Shown piece by piece: positions 62,041 through 64,000 of a DNA stretch of 64,000 nucleotides. The stretch is from Tubulanus polymorphus. Lineage: Eukaryota > Animalia > Nemertea. The stretch covers positions 13,090,655 through 13,154,654 of the forward strand of contig NC_134033.1 of NCBI RefSeq assembly GCF_964204645.1, in the 5' to 3' direction. The first letter of the stretch is position 1. Every line of letters begins with the position of its first letter. The notes beneath the pieces are model-generated. The model saw only the letters and a program-made list of their open reading frames with translations. It did no database searches and was not told the origin of the DNA. Position numbers and translations under genes: made by a program.

Positions 62041-63416
62041 ATGTTACTATACTCTGTTTCGAGTGTTATTGATTCTCGATGTTGTTTCTTCTGCTTTCAT
62101 ATCAGTCGTTACCCATGATGCCTGCGTTTCCAATGGAACTGGGCCCAGTTCCACAGTTGTGGGCTCTTAAACCGTGAACACGTTGAGACCATTTGGCGCC
62201 TAATTAGAGAGTGTGTTTGAAAGTAAAATACTCATTGAATACTTTAAAAAAAGGCATTTGAAGCGAAGCATTTCCAGTTAACGCTTAATTTGGCCGAATT
62301 TGCTAAGATTTTACATGCAATGATTTGGCCCTTGCTACTATTTGGCATGGGCCTGGTCTGATGCTTTTGGCGGAACCAAATCTGGCACTGGCCGAATTTG
62401 TGCCCATGCCAAATCAATTTAGTTTCTTCATCTAAAATTGGTTCATTATTGCGAAACGATTAACGCTTTTCGATAATTTCATTTTGGATATGGAGCCAGA
62501 ACGGGCTCAGTCCGTACCTTAAGTCTAACTCATTTTTGGTTTGAAAACTGCATATGTTTTGCCACTGTTGCACAATCGCTATCCGACTTGGGGACGGTTT
62601 CAGAAAAAAAACGTTTAAATTCATGTTTGTTCGAAATAGAAAATCTCAGACTTCGTTATACAAGGCATGTGTATATAGACGTACTACATCATAGCAACAA
62701 TAATGAATTGATGAACTCCACCCTACTAAGAAAAAATATGCCACCAGTTTCATATTTGTTTTATTCGCTATATGAAAATTCACTGAACATTAATGATAAC
62801 GCATTGTTTTCGGTACTCCGGGGATCTAGCATGCGTATATAGACGTGCAACGTACTATAAACATGTTTATAGCATCCCGCTGACGGTTTAACACCCCGAG
62901 GTGATGATCACAGCGTGAATGAATGAACTCTGAATTGAAATATGATTATTGTGTATGAATTCAGAAATATAAAATCCTATGTTAGTACATGTAGCGGTAT
63001 TTATAGGTACAATTTCGATGAATTTAAGTCAAGAATATCAAAATTTGAGTTTGGAAACGCGACAGGTTTTTGTTTCTCACTAAAGACCATCAGGTGCATT
63101 GGCAAGTTAACAATTATGAGGGTGTGTGTTTTTTCAGATATGGGCGTCGGCTTGAAATTCAGGTCGGGAGCTGTTACGAAGCATTTCCTGCATTTTGGGT
63201 TCTAAATTTCTGTGGATATCCGTAGTGTTCAACAAAGGGTTTTGGGCGGCCCAACTCAGCTTAAAAACGGACAAACGCCCAACATTAACCCCTAAACACA
63301 CCCACTATGTTTTTAAGAACTTACGTTTAAAAGAATAGGAACCTTTCCCCCTTACTGTTTCAATTGTTACAGAATCGCTTAACGTTTTTTGTTTTTCTTT
63401 CTCTTTGCAGGTGAGA

Positions 63417-63444
<28 letters not shown>
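63417..63444. repeat. (CT)n microsatellite
   Basis: Seen directly. Confidence 0.95.
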
Positions 63445-63448
<4 letters not shown>

Positions 63449-63735
63449 TTGTTCGGTGGGCGGCGAAGCTCTAAAATAAACACTCAACTGAAGGTGTAGT
63501 AGACTAGTGTATTACCCCCACAATCTGGTGTGATTTAACTCCTAAAGATCCCATCGTTCTTTTTATTTTCTTCTCTCACACTCCTCTTCTTGTAATCATA
63601 TATTACTGATACCTCGGTTTTTCTAAGCACTCTGTTTTCCTTGAGTCTTAGTAGTGTGGGATTCTAGTTGTATAGTTAGGTGTCTTGTTTAAAAACGTTC
63701 GTTTCAACGCTTATTGTGATCACGGCTACCACCAG

Positions 63736-64000
63736 GGGCCGGTTGCATTGTCATGGCTTAAGACTTAAGACCAGTCTAAGACCAACTTAGTTCTATAGCG
63801 AATCTTACAACTTAAGACCAGTCTAAAGATTTAAGACCACTTTTGGACTTGAGTCATGACCCAACACTAGAACCCTGGGGCCGGTTGCACAGTCAGGACT
63901 TGGACTTAAGACCAGTCTAAGACCAACTTAGTTCTATAGCCAATCTAACAACTTAAGACCCATCTTAATATTTAAGACCACTTTTGGACTGAAGTCATGA
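63736..64000. mobile_element. Two head-to-tail MITE family A copies (63736-63860; 63878 to window end)
   Basis: CAG|GGGCCGGTTGCA and CTG|GGGCCGGTTGCA starts with near-identical GACTTAAGACCAGTCTAAGACCAACTTAGTTCTATAGC cores. Confidence 0.85.

Overview
Eukaryotic (invertebrate metazoan-type) genomic DNA, not prokaryotic: no operons, CRISPR or rRNA. The only supportable protein-coding gene is a minus-strand class A GPCR with the diagnostic motifs of a 5-HT2-family serotonin receptor. It has two coding exons, 41038-40243 (N-terminus, TM1-2) and 7972-6501 (TM3-7, C-tail), joined by a 32,270-nt phase-1 GT-AG intron, giving a 755-aa protein. A strong acceptor at 41710-41712 and GTAAGT donors at about 56354 and 61756 suggest upstream non-coding exon(s), so the gene may span most of the window. 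The rest is intronic or flanking DNA with many short non-autonomous DNA transposons (piggyBac-like TTAA, PIF/Harbinger-like CWG/TAA, TA-target, pogo-like, hAT-like), tRNA-derived SINE remnants, minisatellites and microsatellites. Most notable: (i) an apparent ~1-kb periodic alternation of CpG-rich and CpG-poor, MITE-filled segments (judged by eye); (ii) a nested fold-back triplication hinged on (TA)n at 35308-35474; (iii) two uORFs overlapping the receptor start codon; (iv) candidate recursive-splice (AG|GT) sites on both strands; (v) minisatellites apparently built from a MITE terminal repeat; (vi) a YY1/CRE-like motif cluster near the 5' end of the large intron. I found no well-supported novel protein-coding system.
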